Shown one piece after another: positions 30,901 through 39,468 of a stretch of DNA of 64,000 bases. Source of the stretch: a virus. The DNA lies in the IMG/VR virus record IMGVR_UViG_3300034103_001788, positions 6,304 to 70,303 of that record; one strand, 5' to 3'. The notes beneath the pieces are model-generated. The model saw nothing but the letters and a program-made list of their open reading frames with translations. It did no database searches and had not been told where the DNA came from. Both the position numbers and the translations under genes were made by a program. Position 1 is the first letter of the stretch. The number at the start of each line of letters is the position of its first letter.

Positions 30901-32909
30901 AATTAACACAATTAGCTAAACAAGTAATTGAGGAAAAAATCCAACGTTTGAGTGAGGTAGATTACGAGGAAATATTTTCTCCTGAAACTATGTCTTTATT
31001 AAAAAAACAATCTAAAGACGAATTAGTAAAACTAGGAAAAAATTTAAGACAAATGATGAGTACAGCTAGTACATTACTTCCTGAACTTATTGAAGCTGAA
31101 CAACCTCATATTGATTTACTTGAGGAAATAGCTAAAGAAATTGTTACCCAAGCTTATCCTATCATTAAGTACTCAAAAATAAAAATCAATGCTAGTATAG
31201 GTAAAGGTGAACTTCCCAAAGGAGCTCCGGGTGGTGAAGAAGAGGAAGAACAACCTGATGTTAATTTACCTCAACCTACTTTAACTGGTGAGAAAAAACG
31301 CCGTATCATAAACGGAATTACTCAAGGTGCCTCTATCCGTGGCACTTTTGCATTCCTACTATTTAGAGAATATCTAGATGATCTAGGTGATGATATGATT
31401 AACCGTTACAATGAGTTAATGAAATCTGTATTTGGTATTTATGATGATGAAAATGCTATTGCTCAGATGCTAGCCCTATTAGCTCAAGGTCAAAAATCAC
31501 AAGGAGGTGAATCTGAAGCTTACTATGATGAAGAAACAGAAACTCTTGTAATTAATGCTACAGCTATCTGTTTTCCAATGTTAGTTCACGAAATTGTAAA
31601 AGGATTATATGAAATATTATCTTTACAAGGATTTGGAGCCGATGCTGAACAAAATAAAAAGATTGTAAGTAAAGTAGATAAATTATCTAATGAACCCAAT
31701 GATATACGTTTTGGTAAAATTATGTTTGATGCTATTAATAAAGTATATATTAAAAGTGAAATTAATGATACTAGAGTAAGAGATCTTTTTTTTCCTGAAA
31801 TGTATAAAATAGATGATGAAACTGAATTTGTTAATTTTGTTGTAAATGCACTTGAAAATAAACTAACACCTACTCAAGAAAAATGGGCAATGGATACTAT
31901 GAGGGATATTGAGCGTAATTTAAAAGCTAATGATGCTAAAATTAACAAAGATATCCCTAATGATGAAGATGATAAAGACGTATTTACTGAAATTAAAGTT
32001 CAACCTAAAAACACAGGAGTAAGTAGTAAAATTAAAAAATTAGGTATAACTTTAGGAAAATACAATCTTAGTGGAAATGAAATAGGTAGCAAATATCCTT
32101 GGGTTTATGCCCAAGAAAAATTAAATCCTACTACTAAAAAGAATGCTGAATATTTTTTTAACAAACTAAATATAACACCTACAAAAATATCTATTGGTTT
32201 AGTATATAGAGGATCATTATCTGATGAAGAATTTAATAATTTGTCTGATATAGAAAAAATAAATAAATTAGAAATTGAATATAAAGCCAAATCATTTTAT
32301 ATTGAAGGAAACTATAAAGGTACTCCTATTATCATAGCTAGAAAAGAAACAAGATCTCCGATGGCCGGACAAACTTATTTAGTTTCCCCTTATACTAAAT
32401 TAAAATTTAACCATATTAAAGACCTACCAGCTAATGAAATTTTAGCTGCTTTAAAAATACCTAATGATGGGAATGTTGATGAAATTAAAGTTCAACCTGG
32501 AAACACAGGAACCACCCCTCCTCTTACTCCAGAAGAAAAAGAATGGATTAAAAAACAATTAATGGGTTTTGATCCGGGACACACACCTGAAGGAAACCCT
32601 GATGAACCTTTAATCTATACTTTTATTGATAGAGATAATATAGAAGATGATATAGAAAATGAATATATGACCTCTAAAGACTTAGAACTTTTTGATTCTA
32701 TTTATAGAAAATTAAAAGGCAGAATTTATACTCTTAATATCGGTAGTAACGATCAAGTAGATGATTACCCCCAACTACGAGATAGTGTGGTAAAATCGGA
32801 GGATGGACCTGGATTAACTGTAACTTGGTCTGATTGGGATGATGATGGAAATCTTTTTGGCGCTTTTGATAAAACTACAGGAAAATATATTAAATACTCT
32901 GATTTATAA
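30897..32909 (+). CDS. putative head protein (HEIVK zincin-like segment) with two tagged modules
   Basis: PMLVHEIVKGLYE; tags at 31989 and 32481. Confidence 0.65.
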   Translation: MKLTQLAKQVIEEKIQRLSEVDYEEIFSPETMSLLKKQSKDELVKLGKNLRQMMSTASTLLPELIEAEQPHIDLLEEIAKEIVTQAYPIIKYSKIKINASIGKGELPKGAPGGEEEEEQPDVNLPQPTLTGEKKRRIINGITQGASIRGTFAFLLFREYLDDLGDDMINRYNELMKSVFGIYDDENAIAQMLALLAQGQKSQGGESEAYYDEETETLVINATAICFPMLVHEIVKGLYEILSLQGFGADAEQNKKIVSKVDKLSNEPNDIRFGKIMFDAINKVYIKSEINDTRVRDLFFPEMYKIDDETEFVNFVVNALENKLTPTQEKWAMDTMRDIERNLKANDAKINKDIPNDEDDKDVFTEIKVQPKNTGVSSKIKKLGITLGKYNLSGNEIGSKYPWVYAQEKLNPTTKKNAEYFFNKLNITPTKISIGLVYRGSLSDEEFNNLSDIEKINKLEIEYKAKSFYIEGNYKGTPIIIARKETRSPMAGQTYLVSPYTKLKFNHIKDLPANEILAALKIPNDGNVDEIKVQPGNTGTTPPLTPEEKEWIKKQLMGFDPGHTPEGNPDEPLIYTFIDRDNIEDDIENEYMTSKDLELFDSIYRKLKGRIYTLNIGSNDQVDDYPQLRDSVVKSEDGPGLTVTWSDWDDDGNLFGAFDKTTGKYIKYSDL

Positions 32910-32911
32910 TA

Positions 32912-33916
32912 ATGATTAAAAAATCACAAATAAAAGAAGTATTACTTAAATATATTGTTCCTTTACAAAAACAATACCCCGATTTTTACTTAGGTGGAAG
33001 TCTTGCTTTAATATTACAAAAACATATTCCTGCTCGTGATGTTAAAGATTTAGATATAATATCTCCCGTTTCTTTTGGTGATTTACATGAAACAAAATTC
33101 CCTTACAAGGGTATGGTGACTAGTAAAAAAACTTACCATATACGCGAAATAAAAACATGTTTAGATTTTTTTCACAATCCTAAAGCAAAATATGTTACCG
33201 CTAATATTCAAGGACATACTATAAAATTATCTCCTATAGATGAAATAGTTCATGCTAAAGAAAATAAAATTTGGAGTCCTGTATATAAGAACAAACAAAA
33301 AGATTTAAAACAAATTATTAAAGAAATTTTTAGTGAAATTAAAGCTCAACCCGTTAATAGATTAATTAAACCTACCAAAAAAAAAACCATAACTGATGAA
33401 CCATATATAGATATAGATACTTCTTTTATAGAAGACTACATTTTAGATTATGGTGAAATTAGTTATGATACTATTCAATTTTTTAATTTTATTAATGTTA
33501 AAGCGAATGAAAACACAATACGCGACGCCGAATATATTAATCATATTTTAAATGGAGACTATAAGCTTTATTTTAATGAAGATAAAAAAGAAATTGATTA
33601 TATTCTAACATTAAATGATCCTTTAAATATAAAAGATTATGCTCGAGATAGAGCAGAAATGTTATCTGATAATCCTGAAGACATAGACTTTCTTGCAGAA
33701 GAAATTATGTTGGCTATAGAAACTATCCAAGACAATATTCCTAAATATATTGCCGCTAAAAAAATATTAAAAGATAAGTTTACCATTATTAGTAATGATG
33801 AATTTAGTGTTATACTAACTTCTGATTCTAATGGCCATTCATTTCTTTATACTATGATAGAAAAACAAGATGGTTATTTTAATAAAAATGGAGAAATAGT
33901 AATTTATACTACATAA
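32912..33916 (+). CDS. nucleotidyltransferase-domain protein fused to a tagged acidic module
   Basis: FYLGGSLAL...RDVKDLDII Pol-beta-type GS/DxD motif; EIKAQPVN at 33335. Confidence 0.65.
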   Translation: MIKKSQIKEVLLKYIVPLQKQYPDFYLGGSLALILQKHIPARDVKDLDIISPVSFGDLHETKFPYKGMVTSKKTYHIREIKTCLDFFHNPKAKYVTANIQGHTIKLSPIDEIVHAKENKIWSPVYKNKQKDLKQIIKEIFSEIKAQPVNRLIKPTKKKTITDEPYIDIDTSFIEDYILDYGEISYDTIQFFNFINVKANENTIRDAEYINHILNGDYKLYFNEDKKEIDYILTLNDPLNIKDYARDRAEMLSDNPEDIDFLAEEIMLAIETIQDNIPKYIAAKKILKDKFTIISNDEFSVILTSDSNGHSFLYTMIEKQDGYFNKNGEIVIYTT

Positions 33917-33930
33917 CCTAATATTTATAA

Positions 33931-34014
33931 CCATACAGACTGATTCATAGCCAGTCGACTTAAAAATAAAAATTTTTTGAGATCTGTGGCCTCTATTTGG
34001 AGGTCACTTTTTTT
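33931..34014 (+). ncRNA. candidate small structured RNA
   Basis: TATTTATA at 33922-33929 followed by no ORF; hairpin GACTG/CAGTC, AU-rich hairpin, then terminator. Confidence 0.4.
33986..34014 (+). terminator. Rho-independent terminator
   Basis: GTGGCCTC-TATTTG-GAGGTCAC followed by T7. Confidence 0.8.
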
Positions 34015-34025
34015 ATACGTACATT
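33997..34025 (+). promoter_or_regulatory. putative sigma70-type promoter overlapping the terminator
   Basis: TTGGAG-17 nt-TACATT. Confidence 0.5.
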
Positions 34026-34040
34026 TATAACACAGAGGAT

Positions 34041-35414
34041 ATGAATAAGAGAATTGTAATTGTAGGAGCAGGGGTTGCGGGTATCAATGCGGCAACCAAA
34101 CTTGTAGATAACAACTACCCAGGCGAATTAATCACTATTATTGATATGGGAAAAGACCCATACAATCGCAAACCCGAGGAAGTAATGACAGGTATGTTAG
34201 GTGCTGGAGGATGGTCTGATGGTAAATTGACTTACCATACAGCAATTGGAGGTCAATTATCTAAGTATTGTGGTGAGGATAAAGCAATGGAACTAATGGA
34301 TCAAGTTATTACTAACTTTAAACGTTTCCATCCTAAACCAGAAGAAGTACAATGTTCAAATCCTGTAGCTGAACCCGATTTTATTAAACCACATTTTGGT
34401 TTACGATTATTCCCAGTATGGCACGTAGGTACAGATTATTTATCCGAAATTGCTAAAAATTGGTATGATTATTTAGTGTCTAAAGGTGTTGAATTTCAAT
34501 GGGAAACTAAAGTTATTAGTATTGATTTTGAAAAACAAGATTTAATAGCAGTATGTGAAAATCCTAAATTAGTAGAATATTATAATTACGATGAACTTAT
34601 CTTTGCAGTAGGCAAATCAGGTATTGATTTTGCTCAACAATTAGCAAACGAATACGCATTACCCGATGAACCTAAATCAGTACAAATTGGAGTTCGATTT
34701 GAAGCACCACAACATCACTTCCAGAAACTAATCGATATTAGCTACGATTTTAAATTATATCGTAAGTTTGAAGATAAAGGAGTATCATTACGTTCATTTT
34801 GTACAAACAATAATGCCGCTTATGTTGCTGTGGAAGAAACTTATGGTGATGTTACTTACAATGGTCATGCTAAAAAAGATCCTAAATATTTAAATGGGAT
34901 GACTAATTTTGGTATTATTATGGAATTAAATAACATTAAAGACCCATTTAAATGGTCGCGTAATGTTGTAAATAAAATACAATCAAATGAAACTGGTTTA
35001 TATTATAGTCCATCTCGTACTCCTTCAACAACATCAGAAGGTAATGGTGTAAGTGCAACCCAAATTAGTTGGTTAGGATTAATAGAAGTAATGGATGCGT
35101 TTGAAGGATATTTTGAATATATTGTTAATTTTATTGATGATATGAAGAAAGTATTCCCAACACTAGAAGATGATTGGGGTATTTATATTCCTGAAGTAAA
35201 ATATCTTTCACCTGAACCTTTAGTAAGTTACAAAGATCTTAGTTTAACTAAATTTTCTAACGTACATTTCGTGGGTGATGCTTTAAGTGCAAGAGGAATT
35301 ACAGTTTCTGGAGCACAAGCAATTTATGTTGCTGAATCTTTATTAGAGCAAAGCTCAATTTTAAATTACCATGATGAAACATGGTACGATGGTGATATAA
35401 TCAATTTTATATAA
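34041..35414 (+). CDS. FAD-dependent oxidoreductase
   Basis: IVIVGAGVAG Rossmann motif, GAGGWSDGKL, IGVRFE, VRSFC-like LRSFC, HFVGD...RGI. Confidence 0.85.
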   Translation: MNKRIVIVGAGVAGINAATKLVDNNYPGELITIIDMGKDPYNRKPEEVMTGMLGAGGWSDGKLTYHTAIGGQLSKYCGEDKAMELMDQVITNFKRFHPKPEEVQCSNPVAEPDFIKPHFGLRLFPVWHVGTDYLSEIAKNWYDYLVSKGVEFQWETKVISIDFEKQDLIAVCENPKLVEYYNYDELIFAVGKSGIDFAQQLANEYALPDEPKSVQIGVRFEAPQHHFQKLIDISYDFKLYRKFEDKGVSLRSFCTNNNAAYVAVEETYGDVTYNGHAKKDPKYLNGMTNFGIIMELNNIKDPFKWSRNVVNKIQSNETGLYYSPSRTPSTTSEGNGVSATQISWLGLIEVMDAFEGYFEYIVNFIDDMKKVFPTLEDDWGIYIPEVKYLSPEPLVSYKDLSLTKFSNVHFVGDALSARGITVSGAQAIYVAESLLEQSSILNYHDETWYDGDIINFI

Positions 35415-35415
35415 T

Positions 35416-35649
35416 ATGACAACAAAATACGAATTTACAAAGAAATTGAAAAAAGCAGATGGTACAGTTGCTTATGTGTGGGAAGGTAAACTTCACAATT
35501 GGGAAGGTCCTGCTTTAATCACTCCTGAAGGTAAAAAAGAATATTATATTCATGGAATCCAGTATACTGAGGAAAACTATAAAGAAGCATTGCGAAATAG
35601 AACTGGTATCCCTCCTATGAAAGATCCACGATTTAAAACTAAGTTTTAG
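35416..35649 (+). CDS. small protein with MORN-variant-like motif
   Basis: GKLHNWEGPALITPEGKKEYYIHG. Confidence 0.6.
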   Translation: MTTKYEFTKKLKKADGTVAYVWEGKLHNWEGPALITPEGKKEYYIHGIQYTEENYKEALRNRTGIPPMKDPRFKTKF

Positions 35650-35688
35650 TTTTCTGTAATTAGGTAATATTTATAACAAAATATTATA

Positions 35689-36687
35689 ATGGATAACTTT
35701 GATTTACACAAGTATTTAAGAAATAACCCTTTATTAACTGAGTCAGTTGATAATAAACTAACCAAAAAGAAAGTAAAAGAAATGGTTAGAGAGATGGCTA
35801 AAGGAACTATAAATACTCCTGATGAAACTAACTTAAATAAAGCTATTGGAAATGCTCCTAACGTAGTAGCAAAATTATCTTTTATTAATCAACCTACGGA
35901 ATTAGATGGCGCTTTTAAAGTTGCATTAGACTTTTCAGAACTTAAAAATGTTTCTAAATCTACAGTAATAGCTGCCCTTAAACGAGCTATGGATGAGTTA
36001 TCTCCTGATTCTCAAGCTATTAATACTGTTGGTGATCCTATTGGACCTAATTCTAAAAACTTTAACACAGCACCTTCTCAAAGACCTGATAAAACCTATG
36101 ATGTAGGTAATATGAAGCCTATCCAAACTATGAAAGAAGAAATGGTTGATGAAATGGCTTTAGATGAAATGGCTCGTATTGCTAAACCTTCTAAATTAGC
36201 TGATGATTGGGAAGAAAAAATGGCTAACTTACCTGACCGTTTTAAGAAAAGTACTCGTTTCGATCGTGTAATTAAGTATTTCCAAAAATATAAAGATAAA
36301 ATTGGTCAACCTATTAACCCTAATACTGATCCTCTTACAGCAAAAGCAATTGATTTTTATGGTACTTTAGCCCATATTGCCGACGAGGAATTCCAATCAT
36401 CAGATACAGCTAGTGCTGCACCTATCGTTTCTGCTTTGAAAGATGCTGGTGTTGTAGTTTCAGGTGATTTCGTAACTGAACCAGCTAAATACAGTAAAGA
36501 ACCATCAGTACCTGGTGCTAAAGGAAGACCTAAAACCGAAACCGGTTACTTCCAAAATGCTATGGCTAAGTTTAAAGAAGGCAACTATGAATTTTCTCCT
36601 GAAGAGCAAAACGCTTTAGAAAACATGGTTAAAGCATTACAAGCTGCCTTGACTAAAAAACCTGAGCCAAAAGCTAAAAAGAAGTAA
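35689..36687 (+). CDS. MDNFDL-leader putative head protein
   Basis: MDNFDLHKYLRNNPLLTE; internal VDEMALDEMAR. Confidence 0.7.
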   Translation: MDNFDLHKYLRNNPLLTESVDNKLTKKKVKEMVREMAKGTINTPDETNLNKAIGNAPNVVAKLSFINQPTELDGAFKVALDFSELKNVSKSTVIAALKRAMDELSPDSQAINTVGDPIGPNSKNFNTAPSQRPDKTYDVGNMKPIQTMKEEMVDEMALDEMARIAKPSKLADDWEEKMANLPDRFKKSTRFDRVIKYFQKYKDKIGQPINPNTDPLTAKAIDFYGTLAHIADEEFQSSDTASAAPIVSALKDAGVVVSGDFVTEPAKYSKEPSVPGAKGRPKTETGYFQNAMAKFKEGNYEFSPEEQNALENMVKALQAALTKKPEPKAKKK

Positions 36688-36691
36688 AGTA

Positions 36692-37615
36692 ATGGATTCA
36701 TTTGATTTAAAGCAATTTCTAGTTAAGAACAAACTTACTGAAAACAGCAAGTTAAATGACGTAAAAATCTACCCTGGAAATACAGGACAATTTCATAGTT
36801 TGAACCCGTTTACCTTATTAACTAAGAAAACATTATTTGCTGATTTCATCTATCGTGTAGGTGGTAACAATAGTGACGATATAAATTCAAGATTTGCTAG
36901 AAGTATAAGCGAACTTTTAAATTTATTAAAACGTACAAATACACTCCAGGGAACCCATACAATAGATGATATATTTGAATATGAAGAAATGAATGATGTT
37001 GAGGATGGAGATGAATCTTATGCGAGCTCTGCAGAATCATTAGCATTTTTTCAAAAATTACCCCTTCATTTTAAATTTATTGTTACACATAATATTAATG
37101 GTTATAATGAAAGTTTTGAGATTACTAAAATAGGATCTAATAGTTTTACTACAGAAGAAATAGATAATGAATTAGATGAAATTACTATCAATCCTCAAAG
37201 TACGGGAATAAAGTTAGGAGGAGATTCACCGTTTTTTTCTTTTGTAAAAAATAATAAACAAGAAATAGCATCTCTTAATCCTGTATTTACTGATATCATA
37301 ATGAATAGTGGAGAGGAAAAACTTGATAGAAAATCAATATACTTAGAAGACATAGCATATCCTGATTATACTTATGAAGACTTTATCAAAGATTGGAAAT
37401 TATATAATCCTGAAGTAATAGTATTAGGAGACGAATTAATGTCTGTTTTTGTTGTAAATATGTCTCTTCCTTTAAAGTTTGCTAATGTTTTAACATCAAA
37501 TGATTATACATTTTTTGGTACTAGACCTAATTCTGAAAATGCACTTAAACCTTACACTGTAGCTAATAAAAAAATATATATAACTTGGGGTATTCCTGAC
37601 CCAGGATCAAATTAG
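36692..37615 (+). CDS. MDSFDLK-leader protein with two tagged modules
   Basis: DVKIYPGNTG (36758) and EITINPQSTG (37178). Confidence 0.75.
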   Translation: MDSFDLKQFLVKNKLTENSKLNDVKIYPGNTGQFHSLNPFTLLTKKTLFADFIYRVGGNNSDDINSRFARSISELLNLLKRTNTLQGTHTIDDIFEYEEMNDVEDGDESYASSAESLAFFQKLPLHFKFIVTHNINGYNESFEITKIGSNSFTTEEIDNELDEITINPQSTGIKLGGDSPFFSFVKNNKQEIASLNPVFTDIIMNSGEEKLDRKSIYLEDIAYPDYTYEDFIKDWKLYNPEVIVLGDELMSVFVVNMSLPLKFANVLTSNDYTFFGTRPNSENALKPYTVANKKIYITWGIPDPGSN

Positions 37616-37621
37616 GAAATT

Positions 37622-38683
37622 ATGGATAACTTTGACTTAAAGCAATTTTTAATTGAGAACAAACTTACTGAAAACAGCAAGGTAAATGAAGCTTGGACTA
37701 AAGAACGTAGAGAACAAGATCCTGAAGGTTATGCTAAGTACTTAGAAAAAGCTAAACAAGCTCAAAAACAATACTACGAAAAAAATCGAGAAAAAGCTAA
37801 ACAATACTACGAAAAAAATCGAGAAAAAAATCGAGAGTACGCTAAACAATCTGCTAAACAATACTACGAAAAAAACCCAGAAAAAGTTAAACAACGTACT
37901 AACCAGTATAATAAACAACATAGAGAAAAACTTAAACAAGCTGCTAAGCAATACAAAGAAAAAAACCTAGAAAAATTAAAACAAGCAGCTAACCAGTATG
38001 CTAAACAACATAGAAAAAAATTAAAACAAGATCCTGAAGCCTATGCTAAGTATTTAGAAAAAGCTAACCAGTATAATAAACAACATAGAGAAAAATTAAA
38101 ACAAGATCCTGAAGTATATGCTAAGTATTTAGATTATCAAAAACAATATGCTAAACAAAACAAAGAAAAATATGATTCTTATGTAAAACAATCATCTGAT
38201 TTTTTCTATAATACTATCACTAACAACCCAAGTCCTGAATTAAAAAACATTAAAGATAACCCTAAACTTTTAACTAAACTTTACTCTGAGTTTATTAAAA
38301 AAGCTAAACAACAATATAAATCTAAAAATAAAGACTTTTCATTTATGGTTACTGAAAACAGCAAGTTAAATGAAATTAAAGCTACTCCTAAAAATACGGG
38401 GGTAGGTAAACAAAGATTTTCACTAGAAAAATGGGAAAATTTAGGCGAAGATTTTGAGTACGATAGTGATGATGATATCTATATTTACTACGGTATATTA
38501 TTTTTTAATGATCCTGAACTTAAAGAACTAAGCTCCGAAATTCAGTACAATGACTATACAGAGGAAGAATGGGAAACTATAGAGGAAAAAATAGAAACTT
38601 TAATAGAAATTCTAAATAAAAATAATATAGAGTGGAGTCAACGTACAACTAGTAATTGGATTAACTTTACTATCTATTATTAA
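37622..38683 (+). CDS. MDNFDLK-leader protein with K/Q/Y/E repeat insertion and one tagged acidic module
   Basis: KQYYEKNREK-type repeats; second TENSKLNE then EIKATPKNTG (38372). Confidence 0.75.
   Translation: MDNFDLKQFLIENKLTENSKVNEAWTKERREQDPEGYAKYLEKAKQAQKQYYEKNREKAKQYYEKNREKNREYAKQSAKQYYEKNPEKVKQRTNQYNKQHREKLKQAAKQYKEKNLEKLKQAANQYAKQHRKKLKQDPEAYAKYLEKANQYNKQHREKLKQDPEVYAKYLDYQKQYAKQNKEKYDSYVKQSSDFFYNTITNNPSPELKNIKDNPKLLTKLYSEFIKKAKQQYKSKNKDFSFMVTENSKLNEIKATPKNTGVGKQRFSLEKWENLGEDFEYDSDDDIYIYYGILFFNDPELKELSSEIQYNDYTEEEWETIEEKIETLIEILNKNNIEWSQRTTSNWINFTIYY
37715..38170 (+). repeat. imperfect coding tandem repeats (KQYYEKNREK / QDPE.YAKYL)
   Basis: Repeated aaacaatactacgaaaaaaa and acaagatcctgaag...tatgctaagta units. 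Confidence 0.8.
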
Positions 38684-38693
38684 AAGATAAAAT

Positions 38694-38993
38694 ATGAAAC
38701 TTCAACCAGGTAATACCGGCTTATCTAATTTAAATAGACCCGTTGATATTGTATCTCCTGGGGAAGATGGTGAAGATGGTTTTTATTATGTTGATTTAGA
38801 TAAATTAAAAAAAGAATTACAATTTAAATACTTTAAAGATTTATTTGATTCACCTAAAACATTTAATGATGGTTTAATTAATTATTTAAATGATATTATA
38901 GATTTTGATGGGCCTGACAGTTATAAAAATATGACTTTAAAAGAATTAATAACAGATTTTAAAGCATGGCTTCAAAATTTTACTACAGATTAG
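38694..38993 (+). CDS. acidic module starting directly with the tag (MKLQPGNTG)
   Basis: 99 aa; paralogous to the module of 39039..39398. Confidence 0.65.
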   Translation: MKLQPGNTGLSNLNRPVDIVSPGEDGEDGFYYVDLDKLKKELQFKYFKDLFDSPKTFNDGLINYLNDIIDFDGPDSYKNMTLKELITDFKAWLQNFTTD

Positions 38994-39038
38994 GAAAGCT
39001 AATCTTTCTTTTGTATATTTATAATTAAAATATAAACT

Positions 39039-39398
39039 ATGGATAATTTTGATTTAAAGCAATTTTTAGTTGAGAATAAATTAACTGAAAATTCTCGTTT
39101 AATTGAGATTAAAGCTATCCCCCGAAATACAGTAATAGACAAATTTAAAAATTGGTCACCTTATAAAAACATGAGCAATAAAAAATATTATGAAAGTTTT
39201 AAAAAATTTGTTAGATTTAATTTAAAACAACACAACGTTATAGATGAACACATTGAAATATATTTAGATGAAATTTTGAAGGCGGATGATGTAAAAGCAT
39301 ATGAAGGAATTAGTGATGAAAATTTATATAAAGATTTTCTTGAATATAAAAATGATCAAATTGAGCAAGATGAGGATTTATATGATTTCGATTTTTAA
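39039..39398 (+). CDS. MDNFDLK-leader protein with one tagged module
   Basis: Leader plus EIKAIPRNTV (39105). Confidence 0.75.
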   Translation: MDNFDLKQFLVENKLTENSRLIEIKAIPRNTVIDKFKNWSPYKNMSNKKYYESFKKFVRFNLKQHNVIDEHIEIYLDEILKADDVKAYEGISDENLYKDFLEYKNDQIEQDEDLYDFDF

Positions 39399-39427
39399 TT
39401 TATAAAATAATAAAATACATTTAGATT

Positions 39428-39454
39428 AAGGCTTGGGAAACTAAGCCTTTTTTT
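39428..39454 (+). terminator. Rho-independent terminator (near copy of 15929)
   Basis: AAGGCTTGG-GAAA-CTAAGCCTT plus T run. Confidence 0.85.
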
Positions 39455-39461
39455 GTATATT
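39433..39461 (+). promoter_or_regulatory. putative sigma70-type promoter overlapping the terminator
   Basis: TTGGGA-17 nt-TATATT; ATG 7 nt downstream. Confidence 0.55.
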
Positions 39462-39468
39462 ATAGATT

